DNA of 60,492 nt from Catajapyx aquilonaris. Taxonomy: Eukaryota. Shown in pieces: positions 1-13,136 of this stretch. The number at the start of each line of letters is the position of its first letter. Position 1 is the stretch's first letter. A program made the position numbers and the translations under genes. Location: contig KZ538584.1 in NCBI GenBank assembly GCA_000934665.2, positions 1-60,492 on the forward strand, in the 5' to 3' direction. The notes beneath the pieces are model-generated. The model did not search any database, was not told the origin of the DNA, and saw only the letters and a program-made list of their open reading frames with translations.

Positions 1-303
1 CCCCCCCACCCCCTCCCCTCCACCCTCCTCAACCTCCCACCCTGCAGCCTCCCACTCCCGATATTATTTTCATGAGTGCCTGCACTTATAGAGATTGGGC
101 TCCCTGATTATGAGCGGCCTGATTCAATTAGGCTTCCATACTTTTGATTGTGGCTCGGGTTTCTATTTACCTCTGATAGGGTGGGAGGAGGAGGAGAAAG
201 GAGGAGGGAGGAAGGGAGGAAGGATAGCCAGCACACACACAGAGAGAGAGGCTGGAAAGGCGCAATCTGCCTGATTGTCTCTGGGTTTTGGACTAGACCG
301 GGA

Positions 304-458
304 GTGACCACCCTGTACCTTTGAAACCAGTTCGTTTGTGAGCACCCTGTATCGTTACAACCAGGTTGGGCAGTGAGTTCGTGAGCACCCTGTACTCGTA
401 ACCGGATTTTTGGATAGTTCGTTTGTGAGCACCCTGTACATACAACCAGAATTTTGGG
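304..458. repeat. Degenerate tandem repeat, ~43-bp unit, core AGTTCGTTTGTGAGCACCCTGTA
   Basis: Core at 329-351, 376-394 (4-bp deletion) and 416-438, partial at 304-317; each is followed by a variant of ACAACCAG. Confidence 0.8.
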
Positions 459-3400
459 CAATACTGTGATCATCATGACTGTATAGGAACGCGAGTCATG
501 GTCGAAACTTATGTGTAATTGTGCGTGTGCAAAGGGCTATTTAAAAATTGCAGGTGTTTAGCGCAAAATAGTTATCGTTAGAAAAATTTGTTCAGATTTT
601 ACCAGCATTGGGGTTAAAACTGTTAAAGAAAACGAGCTTTCTAAGAAAAACCATTTAGTAATGGTTTAAACTTCGGAAGAATGACACCATAATTTTATAC
701 ATCTTACCATTGCTAAGTGCACATTTTTTTCTATTATAAATGTCACAAAGTGTATGTGTTTTTTTTGTATGCAAGACCTTCAAAGGCAGTATAGTTTAAA
801 AGAGTCCATTAAAAATCACTTTATGCCACAAATATTTTCATGTCTTACGTGCTAGTGGCATACGAAGAGGAAGGCGGTTCAATTGATATTACTGCACAAT
901 AGTGTAAATCGTGCGTTTAAGTTGGACACCCTTTGAATATATCCGGTGAAAAAGAAAGTTCTGTTTTACCTTACTGTTTACCGAAAGTACGGTAAATGAC
1001 TGAAAATGTTTGGAAAATGGCGCGTTTCTTATTGCTGCTGATTTGTGTCAGTAATTAAACGACAGTAAATAATTAAGAGAACGAATCTGTTTAACTGAAG
1101 AAATGCAACGGGGCCGAATAGTATACGCATAGTTGTCGGAAAAAATATGGGTCGTAACAATATCCTTTATAATTACAAAATCGAGAAAATGTACTGAGAG
1201 TACATCGTGCAATTGCACCTAGTGTATAGAGAATAAGACGTGTAATGCGACCATACGCGCGACATTTTTCGGCCGCTACAGTTTCAAAAACCTGGTGTGT
1301 TTGTCGCAACGCCGCAATTTGTCGATTGCGCCCATCCACATAATTGCGCATCACTATCGGTGACATAATGATACCATTTAGTTATTCCGGAGCACTTTGC
1401 TATTCTGTCTATTGACCTGCGGCCATCGGCCCTTGTAATCGGGGGCAATGGTGCGGATTGTATGTACAATATCTACACTATGATTGCGTCCATATAAATT
1501 GTCGTTTAATAAACCAGTGTCTAATGAGAATATAGTCCATGCATTTAAAAAAAACATGTAAAGAGAAATATAATGTAGCGAGCAGTTATTATGGTTTGTC
1601 AGAAATATTGCAAGTGCAGTGAACATCATCGGAGTTGCTCAGATCCGTGAAAATTATCCGTAATGAGCAAGTACTGAGACCGAAGAAAAATTCCGCTTCG
1701 TCCCCTGTATTCAGAGCGCATTACGGTTAAAATTGCAGCGAAAAAAAGTGTTTAGACACACAAAATCAGTGCTGAGTCTCCAGTAAAACAATCCATCAAG
1801 TGCAGGGAAATACTTTAGCATGAAATTAAAAAGTGGAGGACCAAACCGTATGGCAAAGTCCACATCCTTTCTGAATAAACAAAAATCCAGGTCCGAATGA
1901 GAGAGTCATGTACCGGCCGTTTTAAAAAAAGTGCGATCAAGTGGATATGATTTTTTTTCTATCGGACCATCGGACCCTTCAAGTGTGACCCGAATAAGTC
2001 GCGTCAATGACAAGTGCACTTCCTCAAATTGTGGTGCGTCGAATGTGAGAAACAACGAGTATATCTGACCTCCGGTGTATTCCCAGGCTGCAAAGTAATC
2101 ATAGTTTTAAGCCAGTTCCCTTTTCCAACCCCCCCCCCTTGCCCCCCACCCCTCCAGTTCATGTGAGTATACCGCTAATGATGCATTTACCGTGGAGATT
2201 ATAACGCTTTCATTGAGGCACTGTACAGGCCCGAGTGCTTATTCGCCTATGGTATTACTAAATAAAAGCGTGTAAAGCGAAAGGATGAAACACATTCTCC
2301 TGCTGGCAGCATCAGCATCTCTTAACTGTATATAGGCCACTGAATTACGCAAGGTTTACGTTTATACACTAGTGACTATAGTCTATTGAAAATGTAGAAT
2401 ATTTTTCATTATTTTGATATAACTTAACAGAGAAAATATTGCAAGAGCTAGTTATTCTGGTGAGCTGTGTCATCACTGTAAATATTCTGTAAAAAGTGGT
2501 GAAGTACTCTTGATTTCATCTCAATACTGTACCGTTATTTGAAAATGTTTAAATTAGTATGAATTCAATATTCATGAAGTACATGTTTTTAATCATAGTT
2601 CCATCTAAATTCCTGTTTGCCTGTCTTAAAACATACCCGATGAGCTGTTGTTTGCAATATTCAGAATCCACCCCCCAACTTTTATGTAACTAATACTTAA
2701 TTTTCTAAAATTAAATATTAATGGCGACATACTGTATAGGAAGTTATCTAGGTAACAAGTTGGTATAATTTACATCAAAAAATCAGTATTGTAATCATGC
2801 CCTTAAATTATGCTTTAATTATTATTGCATAGTGTGACAATAAATCCGATAATATTGACACGAGATATTTCATCGATGTTTACAAAACTGTGTCACAATA
2901 ACGCTCACGCTTTGCAATTTGTATTAAAGAAAGGCTACATTTTTACAGTAGTGGACATCAGTACAGCATGCTTTTAATGCTCTATCTCATTTATTTTCAT
3001 ACTATACTTGTACAGTATATTGAACCGGTCGTACAGGGTGTTTGGAGATCTAGTTCGTACTTACTCCAACGCACGTGTAAACTCACAGCATTAGCATTGT
3101 CCATATCAAGTCACCTCCCTTGACGATACTTGCAAATAATGTTGCTTAACATAACTTACATTGATAATAATGTTTTTCAACGCAACATCCATGTTTGTTT
3201 TCGAATGGAAATTCGATCCGAAAAAATAGAAAAATACAGAGATTTAATTAACTGACGCCCTGGATCATACACATACACATAATATGTGCCATGCAATCTG
3301 AGCTTTATAATTACTTTGCACTACACTTTTATGTTTCCTTGAAATATCCCAATTAACCAGAACTCTGACACATCACAACATTTGGCGCCAAATGATGCGA

Positions 3401-5644
3401 ATCGACTATGCGATAAAATCGTAAAATGGAAGAAAATGACGTTTACGTTCTAAATTATTATTCCCCTGATCAATATGCAGGCAACCAGCTATGATGCCTC
3501 GTGGGAATTATGTGTTGGCGATATATTGACATGGTCAACAAACTGGGCATTTACCCCCCTCAGGCCTAATCTTTCAGAGAAGGTGGTGCTTTTTTTTCGG
3601 AGGGGGTGTCGGGTGTTATTGCACACACGCCTCTCATGTTACAATGCATATGCACAATGAACAACTGCAAAAAAAAAATTGGGTCCCGGGAATACTATCA
3701 ATTTCCATAACGCCTGGTTTTCATTTCCCAATAATGTTTTTACGGCCGGGGCATTTCCAACTTTTACAACTGGGGGATCTGTTCCAATCCGGTTACGAAC
3801 CGCAGAATTAACAATCTGAGGGGATTTTGGATTTAATGCACTTTCTGTATCGATGAGCCCCGGAAATAAAATCACGCTCCGCTCGGGCCCTTCGGAAAAC
3901 AACCAAACAAACGCATCCAAAAAATCCCCACCGGACAAAGAGCAAAACGCTAAAAAAATATCTCTCTCCTGAACAACATCATCCAAGAACTGGGACAATA
4001 ATTTATTCCCGAGCCGTCAATAATAAACTGGGCTTTGCAAACAAATCCCACGCATCCTGGTAGAGAGAGAGGGAGGGGGGGGGGGGGAAAACCCCAGGAA
4101 ATATTGTTGGATGTTGCCTAACCAAAAAAAAAAAAAAAACACAGCTCACCCTGCGACATTATTAATGAGGGTTGCTTTAAGCATTTCCCAGCAGCGGGTT
4201 GGTTTTTTTAAAAAATCAGTGCCAATAGACATAAGCAATGTCAATAATTCCACGGGTGCCTGTGAGGCTATCCCACGCGTTACTATGCCATGGGTTTTCA
4301 TCAATTTTGACCGGCATTTCAGCACCGCCAGGAAACACACGGGATCAGACGAAAATTCAAAATAAAATATTACTTTTAGACAGCAAGTGCGCAAAATCAA
4401 CACCATGTGTACTAACAATCGCTCGATATTTAAATCGCCTTTGCGTGTTTTCTACCATCAACCAAACTATACTCATCAGTCTGCTGCCCTATGCTGACTC
4501 CAACAGAATCTAGTATAAAATTGCATTTATGAAAAATTTACTTTTCCCTTGATTGCCCGGGCTGACATGGCGTTTTCATGCATTTTATTCATGAATTTTT
4601 CCCTCTCCGACTTTTTTTTAAAAAAACTACCTCCATCCCAAAAACCTGTGCTCCAGCACTTAGAACCTATACGCACTCTTCGGTTTTTTCCCCCCCGCCC
4701 CCCCAATCAGATGCCGGATTTCCACTTTGAACCAAACCCGGATGATGACGAAGCTGGTCCACCAAACAAACACCAGGGAATTCCCCGCAACAATCAAAGC
4801 CCGGCATCTGGAAATCCACTGCCAAATCAAAATCCCGCCCCTCTTTGTAGCCTCCCCCTGTTTAAAAAAAAGGGAGAGAGAGAGAGAGAGAGAGTGCATA
4901 TGTATTGGATAGACACAGAGAGTCTATTGTGTACCCATGTACTATCGGGAGTGGTGTAGATGAAAGCCCAGCGCCGCATTACACGTGGGCGATCGAGCTG
5001 ACACATCGTCGCCCCCTACTACACTGGCGAGAGAGGGCCTTGCCATCCGCAAATGCAAACGACGCAATGTCAACAAAACTGAGCTTGTTCTACCCTGCAT
5101 TGTGTCCCATGTTCATTCGACGAGTGGGCCCAGGCCAGTCCTGGCCCCCACTCTTCCAGGGTTACTGCTTGTTTACACTTGTTTTTGTTTTGCTTTTCCT
5201 TTTTTTTGTGTGGGTGTGGGTGTGTGTGTGTGTGTGTGGGTGGGCGCCGACTGGGAATTAATTTCGCATGGGTCTGATGGGCGCTCGGGGTTTGTACAAG
5301 GTGATACAAGACTCAACTGCAATATTATACATCCCATACATGTGCAGTCTACACCTTTAGAGGCCGATCCCCAAGGGATATCGAGCCAACCATTGGTCAC
5401 TTGATTGCACGAGATTGCGCACGAAACAGCCAATAGCAGCTTCGCAAACTGTGCTATCCTCTTACCTTGCATGAAAGCAAAATTTTTAACAACTTAAATT
5501 ATTATCATACACAGAATATTGACATGTGTGACATCACCCTATAAACAAGCTGACTCATCGCCTAGGTGTAAGTAGTTGCCATAGCTTTCACTTCTGTCCT
5601 CTAATTGTTGAGCGAGGAAAGTAGTATAGCGCTCTCGTGGAGCA

Positions 5645-5772
5645 GTGACTCATCACCAACGTGCATGTAGTACTACATTCTCCGAGACTTTCTCCCTGAG
5701 AGTGGCAGCAGTGCGCAGAGGGAGAGCTTATGCGCCAACTGGCAGTGGCCTATTGCACTACGTCCAAGTTGA
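5645..5772 (+). repeat. Dispersed repeat family B, copy
   Basis: GTGACTCATCACCAACGTGCATGTAGTAC...GCGCCAACTGGCAGTGG...CTACGTCCAAGT matches the reverse complement of 28060-28175. Confidence 0.75.
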
Positions 5773-5841
5773 GGGGTGGGCTAATCAAAGGCTATGAATT
5801 CACTACTAGTGTGCAATATTCAGCAATCTTTCTTCTAATAG

Positions 5842-5944
5842 GCTTATTCGCTCCGTCTGATGCTTGTCCGACCTGATAGTACAGCCATCTCTCGCACGAC
5901 CTGAGTGTGGCAGGAGTGTGCAGATGGAGTATGCGCCATCTATG
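5842..5944 (-). repeat. Dispersed repeat family A, copy 1 (~100 bp)
   Basis: Reverse complement aligns end to end with 45399..45501 (CATAGATGGCGCATACTCC...TCGGACAA.CATCAGACGGAG.GAATAAGC). Confidence 0.85.
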
Positions 5945-8497
5945 ATTGATTAATCAGCGGGCCATATCATTAAAGTTGTTTGATTGCCACTGTCATACTG
6001 ATTTTTCTTTTGCAAAATTTTGGCAACGGGCTCACTAGTATTCATATAAGAAGTTAACTTACAGCCTGTGCATCGCTCCAAAAATGCATACACTAGCCCT
6101 GTGTGTGTATATACGGCAAGGGTTGGGAGACTAAATAATAATCACGCTTCAATAATGGCGGTCGGAGGATATCGTTAGCGCCGCATGATTATATGCGGAA
6201 TTTTCCAATCTGCGCGGTGTGTCCCTTGATGAGGAGATAAAACCGCGCGAGTATAGCACATGCCATCAAATTTACCCCCAAAGCCTTGCCGTTGTGTTCC
6301 ATCAAATGGAGAGCGTCATTAGTTGGGGCAAGGCAAGCACCACCCACCCAAGCCCACCCCCTCCACACATGTGCTGTGCCCAACACACACCCACACACAC
6401 ACACACACAACCGAAAAGATGGCTCTGTTGATGGTATCAAAATTAATTACGCGGGCAAGTGATTTTCAATAAGCTGTGAATTATGGCCGAGTCAACAAAT
6501 GGGGAGGAAAAAAAACACAGCGCAGTGTCTGTTGCCTAATTTGAGGCGAAAATAATGTTGGTTTTTATACGGGTTCCGGGTCTGAATTGGGAGTCTGAAA
6601 CTTTGATTGGCTCCGGCATTCATCTCTTTCAGTTTGCTCTTGATTGAAGTGGGCATACAAGATATTATGCAGCACTGCCAGGTAAATAAACATGAGGTGA
6701 AGAGCATATTTACAGTGCTTGGTTGTTGATGGGGCGGCCGCCTCTCTGCCTCCTGTGTACTCAATCACTCTTTGCACACATTAACGCGCGTCACAAAAAC
6801 ATCCGGGGCTAGATAGAAAAAAGGACTGTTAATTATTGCAGTCTCAGAGAGAGTGAGTGAGAGAAAAACAGCACTTTACATTTTACACGCAGAGCGATTC
6901 GCCAATCACATCAAAGTGGGGTGCCATTTTGCCTTAATGACCGTCGACGATCATGTTATTTCCTTATTTTCACAATTTATTCATCGCTATACATCAGGTG
7001 TCGAATCTTAAATGTTTTGACAAGATGCAACGGAGGTTCATCTGGAGTGCTAATTACTTACTAGGAGTGCTTAATTTTTAATTAACTTACTGGGTTCAGC
7101 CACATTAAAAATCAGGACCAACTGGAGTGCAGATAACAACTATTTTGGAGTACTAATTGCACCTTTGCTTCCTAATACGTATTTAGACCCCTGGCTATAC
7201 TGTATACTGTAAGACAAAATAATATAACTGCAATGAGTTCTTTAAACTTTGAATGCGAAATTGAAATAGTTCAATATACCAGTATACTCCTCAAAAAGTC
7301 AGTTTTCTGATAATACATTTTAGCATTACAGCAGCTTCATAAGAAACAAATGAAATTTAACTTGAAGTAGGTCAAATGTGCAGATTTTCAAATTACATGT
7401 ACAGCTCCTTTGTATTTGAAATATCAAAACACTTCATCTCGAAGGAAGAAACATTTCTTGTCTCTTCAGCAAAATATGCGCTTCTAGCAGTGATCGATGC
7501 ATAGCTATATAATCCAGCAGCCCCCTTTTTTTTAAAAAAAAGCAGCGCATTTTACCAACCCAGTGAAAAATGTCAAAGCAAAAGCGCTCCCTCCCATCTC
7601 TTTTTTTCCAAAAAAAAAAAAACGCAACCCTGAGGCCGGCATTATTTAACATCCGCGCTTGAAATATAGCGGCAGACTTTTAGCGGTGTGTTAACACTGT
7701 GCAGGGAGTGACTGCACGTAGATGATGACAAAGTGCAGGTGCATTGATGTAAACCTGTCGCCTGCGCATGCATGTCCCCTGACGACATCCCCCTCCCCAC
7801 CATCCCTGACCTTTCACCCCGACAAGCAAATGAGTTGGGAGCACATTTGGTGCTGGGAACCACTAATTCCGGCCTGTCATCGTGGGCGACCAAAGGCTGT
7901 GTGCAGCACACACTCTGCCCCCCCCCCCTCCCCCCTTTTCAGAATTTACAGAGAGAGAGAAGGGGGGGTCGAATGAAGGCGGCTTCCATTGTGCCTCGAC
8001 AACCAGAAATCAGCGGAACCGACCCCCGCCCCCTTGATTTTTCAAAAAAAGCATAAGCGGCAAATTATTGCTTCCCTCTGACTTGCTTCTCTCGCCCATT
8101 ATCAATCAACCCTCCCAACATACACGCTGAGTCTCTTTTTTACTTCGCTTTTCAGATCAGCAGTATTGTATATATACGAGCATGGAAATTAGTACATGGC
8201 TTTTTTAAAAAAGAGAGAGAGAGAGTTCATAATATTATGGTCGCACGCTGACAAGAGGTCATGTCCATTTCTCGTGTAGATATGTACTAGCCACCTCTTT
8301 GAAGTCACAAAATTGCAGGAAATGGTCGGAATGCACGTATTGGTATGCAATCTTGCGGTTCTAGCGATACCCATTATGAATCGACGGCAACGTCTGACAC
8401 GATCCGGCAAAAATATTACCGTGTATTTTGAGTTGAATCATGAAAGGATGTAAAGTAACCAAGTGGAAGAGTACCTTGCATGTTTTTAGATAACAGA

Positions 8498-8615
8498 GGG
8501 GCGAATTTTCGTCCCACTGCTAGTTACTGCTAACTAGTGCACTAGTTACTGTCGTTATAGGAATAGTTACTGCTAACCTAGCATAGTAACTAGCAGCGGG
8601 ACTAAAATTTCACCC
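8498..8615. mobile_element. Short MITE-like inverted repeat with internal TAGTTACTG repeats
   Basis: GGGCGAATTTTCGTCCCACTGCTAGTTACT versus AGTAACTAGCAGCGGGACTAAAATTTCACCC. Confidence 0.7.
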
Positions 8616-9010
8616 AGAATCTTTAAGAACATGTGAATAGCACCGATCATTTCAACCACAAAAAGACCCAAGGACGCTTCACCCCCATAGGCCTGAACTC
8701 TGTTTGCTACAGCGTAACTAATTAATTAGCGCGTTAGTAAAGAGTATTGCTTGCCACGAAAGCCCTTGTTTTCTCACGCACCACCAGTATGGTAAACGAG
8801 GGGGGGGGAAAACGACCTTCACGAAAATAAAGTTTCATCCTGACTGCGCCGAAACCCAAGCGACTCTTCTGTTTAACTGAAAGCCTACATCGCAGGGGCA
8901 ATCTCTGAGGATTGCATACGAAAAATGTAGCCGAGTAACCCAAATAATTCGTATACTGTATAACATAGAATTGGCTACTAGGTCTGTGACTCTGTCAGCT
9001 AGAGATGCTT

Positions 9011-9315
9011 TTTTAACGAGAACAATCGAGCGCGCACTACACTTCGCGCAGCCAGCACGGTTGGCATTACCAGTGATGGCAGGTAAGCTCTCTGCTGGTT
9101 AATAACTAATAAGCGATGGACTTGTTTCCAACGCTACGCTTGAGGGGAAAACAAAATGCCCGACGTTTGCAGCCTTGCCAAGCCTCTGGAACTAACCTTG
9201 CTCAGAGGCCATGGATGTGAATTATTTGGCCCATGGGTATAACTCTGTCAACATTGTTGTCAGAACAATGGAGCTGCGCGAGTGTGAGTGCGCGCTCGGT
9301 TGCGCCCGTAAATTT
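9011..9315. mobile_element. MITE family C, copy 1
   Basis: Imperfect terminal inverted repeats (..CAATCGAGCGCGCACT.CACT.CGCGCAGC / GCTGCGCGAGTGTGAGTGCGCGCTCGGTTG); right half similar to 10735-10865. Confidence 0.7.
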
Positions 9316-9374
9316 TTTTTTGTAAGCGGCACAGGGAGACAATGCGATATCTATGTGAGATTGTGAGACACATG

Positions 9375-9497
9375 CCTGGTTGCACCAACAAAATTACCGG
9401 TCCGATAGCTCCTAATGGACAGATAGGTAGACCTTTTAACATATGCTATCGGTCCGTTAGGAGCTATCGGACCGGTAATTTTGTTGGTGCAACCAGG
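9375..9497. mobile_element. Foldback MITE with 41-bp perfect inverted arms
   Basis: 9375..9415 is the exact reverse complement of 9457..9497; pairing extends about 11 bp further with 2 mismatches. Confidence 0.9.
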
Positions 9498-10640
9498 TAA
9501 TAGGGTACTACGTACACATCAGATAGGGGACAGTGTTGCCAAGTTATGTCAATGGGTTCACTCTCACCTACTTAGACATTCAAATTTTTAAAATCAGTTT
9601 AGCGACCCCCCCCCCCTTTACCAGAGAAGGCGTGATGCGTATAAAGATGAATAGGTGTAAAATGAGCCCTCCGAAAAGGCTCTCCCCTCATCAGATGATA
9701 GCGGAGGCCGTGAGAATGGGCGTCGCGGGGAGTCCGGCGGGAAAAGGGCGGGTTCCGCCGTGGCAGGTGGGCGGGTCGAGAGCCCTTCCCTTTCCCCCCA
9801 CTCCCTGGATGAGTCGCAACGCGCTCCGAACGCACGCCGCGCACGTGCCCGCACGTGCACGCGTCGGAAAGTAAAAAACCAACACCGGAAAACTACAACA
9901 AATACTCAATCTCCGCCTGACACGCATCACTTCCTTCCTCCGGATGGGGGGGGGGGGATCAAACAGGATTGTTCACTCCAGAAACCAGGTCCGAATTGAA
10001 GCAACCGGGTGACCTTATCAGATTCATATCTGGCATGACGCACAAAGTAAACCTACGCTTTCGACGAATGCCTTTCCGTCCCCTGAACGCACGCCAGCTC
10101 CGATAGAGTTACATTGTTTTCAATAATGAAACAATTTCCCACAGTCCGGGAGTGTAACCGGAGACGTCCCACGTCCCTCCGGACACCCTCCGGACAACCC
10201 CTCGCTTTGTTGCTAAGCTCTCCCTGACGCCGATGATTGCCTCCAATCGCTCCAATTAGACACTGACTGTTGCGGAATAACTTGGCACACTTTATTTAGG
10301 AGAGGAACTTATATCCCGAGGCTATATCTTTATAATAATTACAAATACATTCGGCGCCATGCCTACTAAACAATGACGTGCATTAGCAAACATTACGCAC
10401 GGTTGCTTTGACAGGGCCTGCTATTTGCTCAAGATGCACTCTCGCAAATACGGGGGGCTGCATTAATTACGAACGTGGCTTTGCTTGGTACGCAGTGCAG
10501 AGTAGTAAACAGCAAATGAGCACTCTTGCATGGTGAAGTGAAAGCGCAGATATTATTTCTGGGCGCGCCATGTTGCTTTCCCTTCTATTGACCAGGGTTA
10601 TTCTGGCAAACAGGATCGCGTCCATACAGTATAATTATGA

Positions 10641-10865
10641 TCTTTTAAATTAGCGCACAACCGAGTGCGCAACACAGTTAGCGCAAATTGTTTCCAAAAC
10701 TAAAGCTTGAAGGGGTAACAATATGGCCGACTTGGTCTCTCTGAACTAACTTTAGAGGCTACACCAGTGTGAATTTGACTCTTGAGGAGTAAACTGTGGT
10801 AACGTTGTTGTCGGGACAATAGACTTGCGCGAGTGTGGGTGCGCACTCGGTTGAGCTCGTAAAAA
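10641..10865. mobile_element. MITE family C, copy 2
   Basis: CAACCGAGTGCGCA.CACA / TGTGGGTGCGCACTCGGTTG inverted ends; shares TTGTTGTC.G.ACAAT and GAACTAAC blocks with 9011..9315. Confidence 0.7.
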
Positions 10866-10874
10866 ATTTCATCT

Positions 10875-11080
10875 ACACGTTGACTTTAAAGTTCGGATAC
10901 ATAGGCAATTGGATTGTATTGTTGGTTGTTCCAGTTGTGCCCATTAGCAGATTGTTGTCAGTCAGTAAAGGTTGAGTAAGGAGCTTTGTTGGTAAGTTGG
11001 CATTGGAGTTGGCACAACTGAAAACCAACAGTACAATCAAATTACCTGTGTATACTGTACTGACTTTAGAGCCACCCTGT
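10875..11080. mobile_element. Tc1/mariner-type MITE with CACCCTG-TA end
   Basis: About 65-bp imperfect inverted arms (GATTGTATTGTTGGTT..CAGTTGTGCC / GGCACAACTG..AACCAACAGTACAATC) flanked by TA. Confidence 0.7.
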
Positions 11081-12802
11081 ATATAGTGCTGTCGCGCGAC
11101 CGGGTGTTGCAGAAAGCCTGGAAATTTGACACCATCACGATCAGCCCTGAAATATTGGGATCTCTAGATTAGAAAAGGGGACTCTACGGGGCCATCTTTC
11201 TGCTCCAAGACACAACAATCCAATCGGTGTAATCGCGCCAAACGTTAGAAATCCATGCATCAAAAAAGCCAAGTTGTAATTAGAAGGGGGCTACATCAGC
11301 GCAACGCTCGGTTGCACATCTTAAAAACCAATTGGGATTGAAGCCAAGGTTCTAGCCATTTTTTGGGGGGCAACCCTGTTGCCATATATACACATGGACG
11401 CAGCTTAATCGCTCCGAATGAAAGGCAGTGCAGGCAGCATTTCATAGCCTGGGAGACTATAAAAGTCGGCGCAAGTCTGGAGGAACAGTCCGTTTTCTCT
11501 CGACAGTGCTGGGGAAGGGGGGAGGGGAAGGGAACATTTAAAAATTGGAGGTAATAGCCACAATAAAAGCCAGGCGAGTCCCGTCATTTCTCACTGCTGC
11601 TGAGAGAAGGGCCGGGCCCCCAGCCGACATTACGGAAGGGAAATGGGCCGCAGCCGAGCCTTTACACCCTTCAGCCTCCTCGGTAAAGATGGGGCCCGGG
11701 CCCGCCATTTTCCTCCGCCATTTTTCCCCCTTACGATTTCAATTAGTCTTGTTTCTTCCGGGCGCTCGTAATAAACGTTCCCTCTCGAGATCCATCAGCC
11801 AATGAAACCCCATTTTACGCCTCCCTTCGCAGGGCTATCAAGGGGTCGGGCCCGGGGAAATAAAACAAAAGGCTATGAACCAGGCTATGGCGGGTGTATG
11901 CAGACTAGAACCCTCCTCTGCTCCTCTAATGAAGCTGCAGTCCCAGGGATATGAACCGCCTTCTATGCAGTGGTTTCCCAAAGTGCTCCTTTCCCTCCGA
12001 AGGGGATGGCTCCTTCGAGAGATGCTGCTACGCCCCCGTCTTATCTTATACACCCCCCAACCGACCATCAAAACCCGCCCGTTTCCCCCCAACCCCCGGC
12101 TTCATTTTCAAGAACCGAATAGGATGAGGCAGAATATATATAGAAGATCCGGGGGCAGCAATGTGAAGAAGGTGTGGCCACAAATTAGGCCAATGTCACA
12201 ACACCAATTCCCGGTCGACTTCCTGCACCAAACGAGCTAATAAGCAAGGGATGGTTGTTGCTCATTAAGGTTCATCACGGCGTCCATCATCGAATTGTTC
12301 CAACCAGCTGGGGACTGGCCTCATCTCTTTTTTTCGGTGGGATGTTCCGGATGCCCCCCCCTAGGTCGGATCCGGCGAAAAAAAGCCAGCACCTGCCTCC
12401 AATCATCAACACAATACGTTTTCCTTCTTCATCTTCATCATCGTCATATTTCATGATTATCCTCACTTAACCAACATCGATCCTGTCATGCGGGCTTGCC
12501 ACGTGGAAAATTACGTCCCGAGCTCGGTCGTAATTTTCTTCATTGCGAGATATTTATCAGATAGAACCTGATAGCCATTATTTGCTTGCCGTTTGGTGTA
12601 CACAGCTATGGGGCACGGAAAAAATATATATTGCGAGCAAATTGACGCCCGAATTATTGACTGGTCCTTCCTGCATTTGACATGGTGCTGACTATATCAG
12701 AATGGACTATGAATGCGCAGGAAAATCAGCCAAAAATTCAACCCATTTGCACCAAAATGAGTGAAAATATTTAAGCATTAATTTTGATAGGAATGTCATG
12801 AT

Positions 12803-13136
12803 CACTGAAAACCTCGAGTGAATTATTTTATTCGCCTGCCAACTTAAAACTGGAACAGGTCAATTATAATACAATTAACCTGGCCCCGTTTTAGGCAAGT
12901 GAATGCGTATATTTATGCATTAAAATGAATAAATTGATATGTTGTCTAAATTTATTCCTTGAAATGCATAGATGTACGCATTGAATACATTTTAAAATTC
13001 TCACTACCATATGTGAATTTTAAAATGCACCCAATGAATATATTTATGCATTAAAGTGAATAAAGGGAAATATGATTCGCCCGTCACAGTTTTAAGTTGA
13101 CATGTGGATAAAATAATGCGCTCTAGGTTTTCAATG
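12803..13136. mobile_element. Non-autonomous element with CACTG-type TIRs (CACTA/EnSpm-like)
   Basis: CACTGAAAACCTCGAGTGAATTATTTTATTC..CAACTTAAAACTG versus its reverse complement at 13087-13136; internal ATATTTATGCATTAAA repeats. Confidence 0.7.

Noticed and set aside
304..458. CRISPR array
   Set aside because: Eukaryotic context, no cas genes, only 3-4 units, repeats differ by indels, and the spacers resemble each other.
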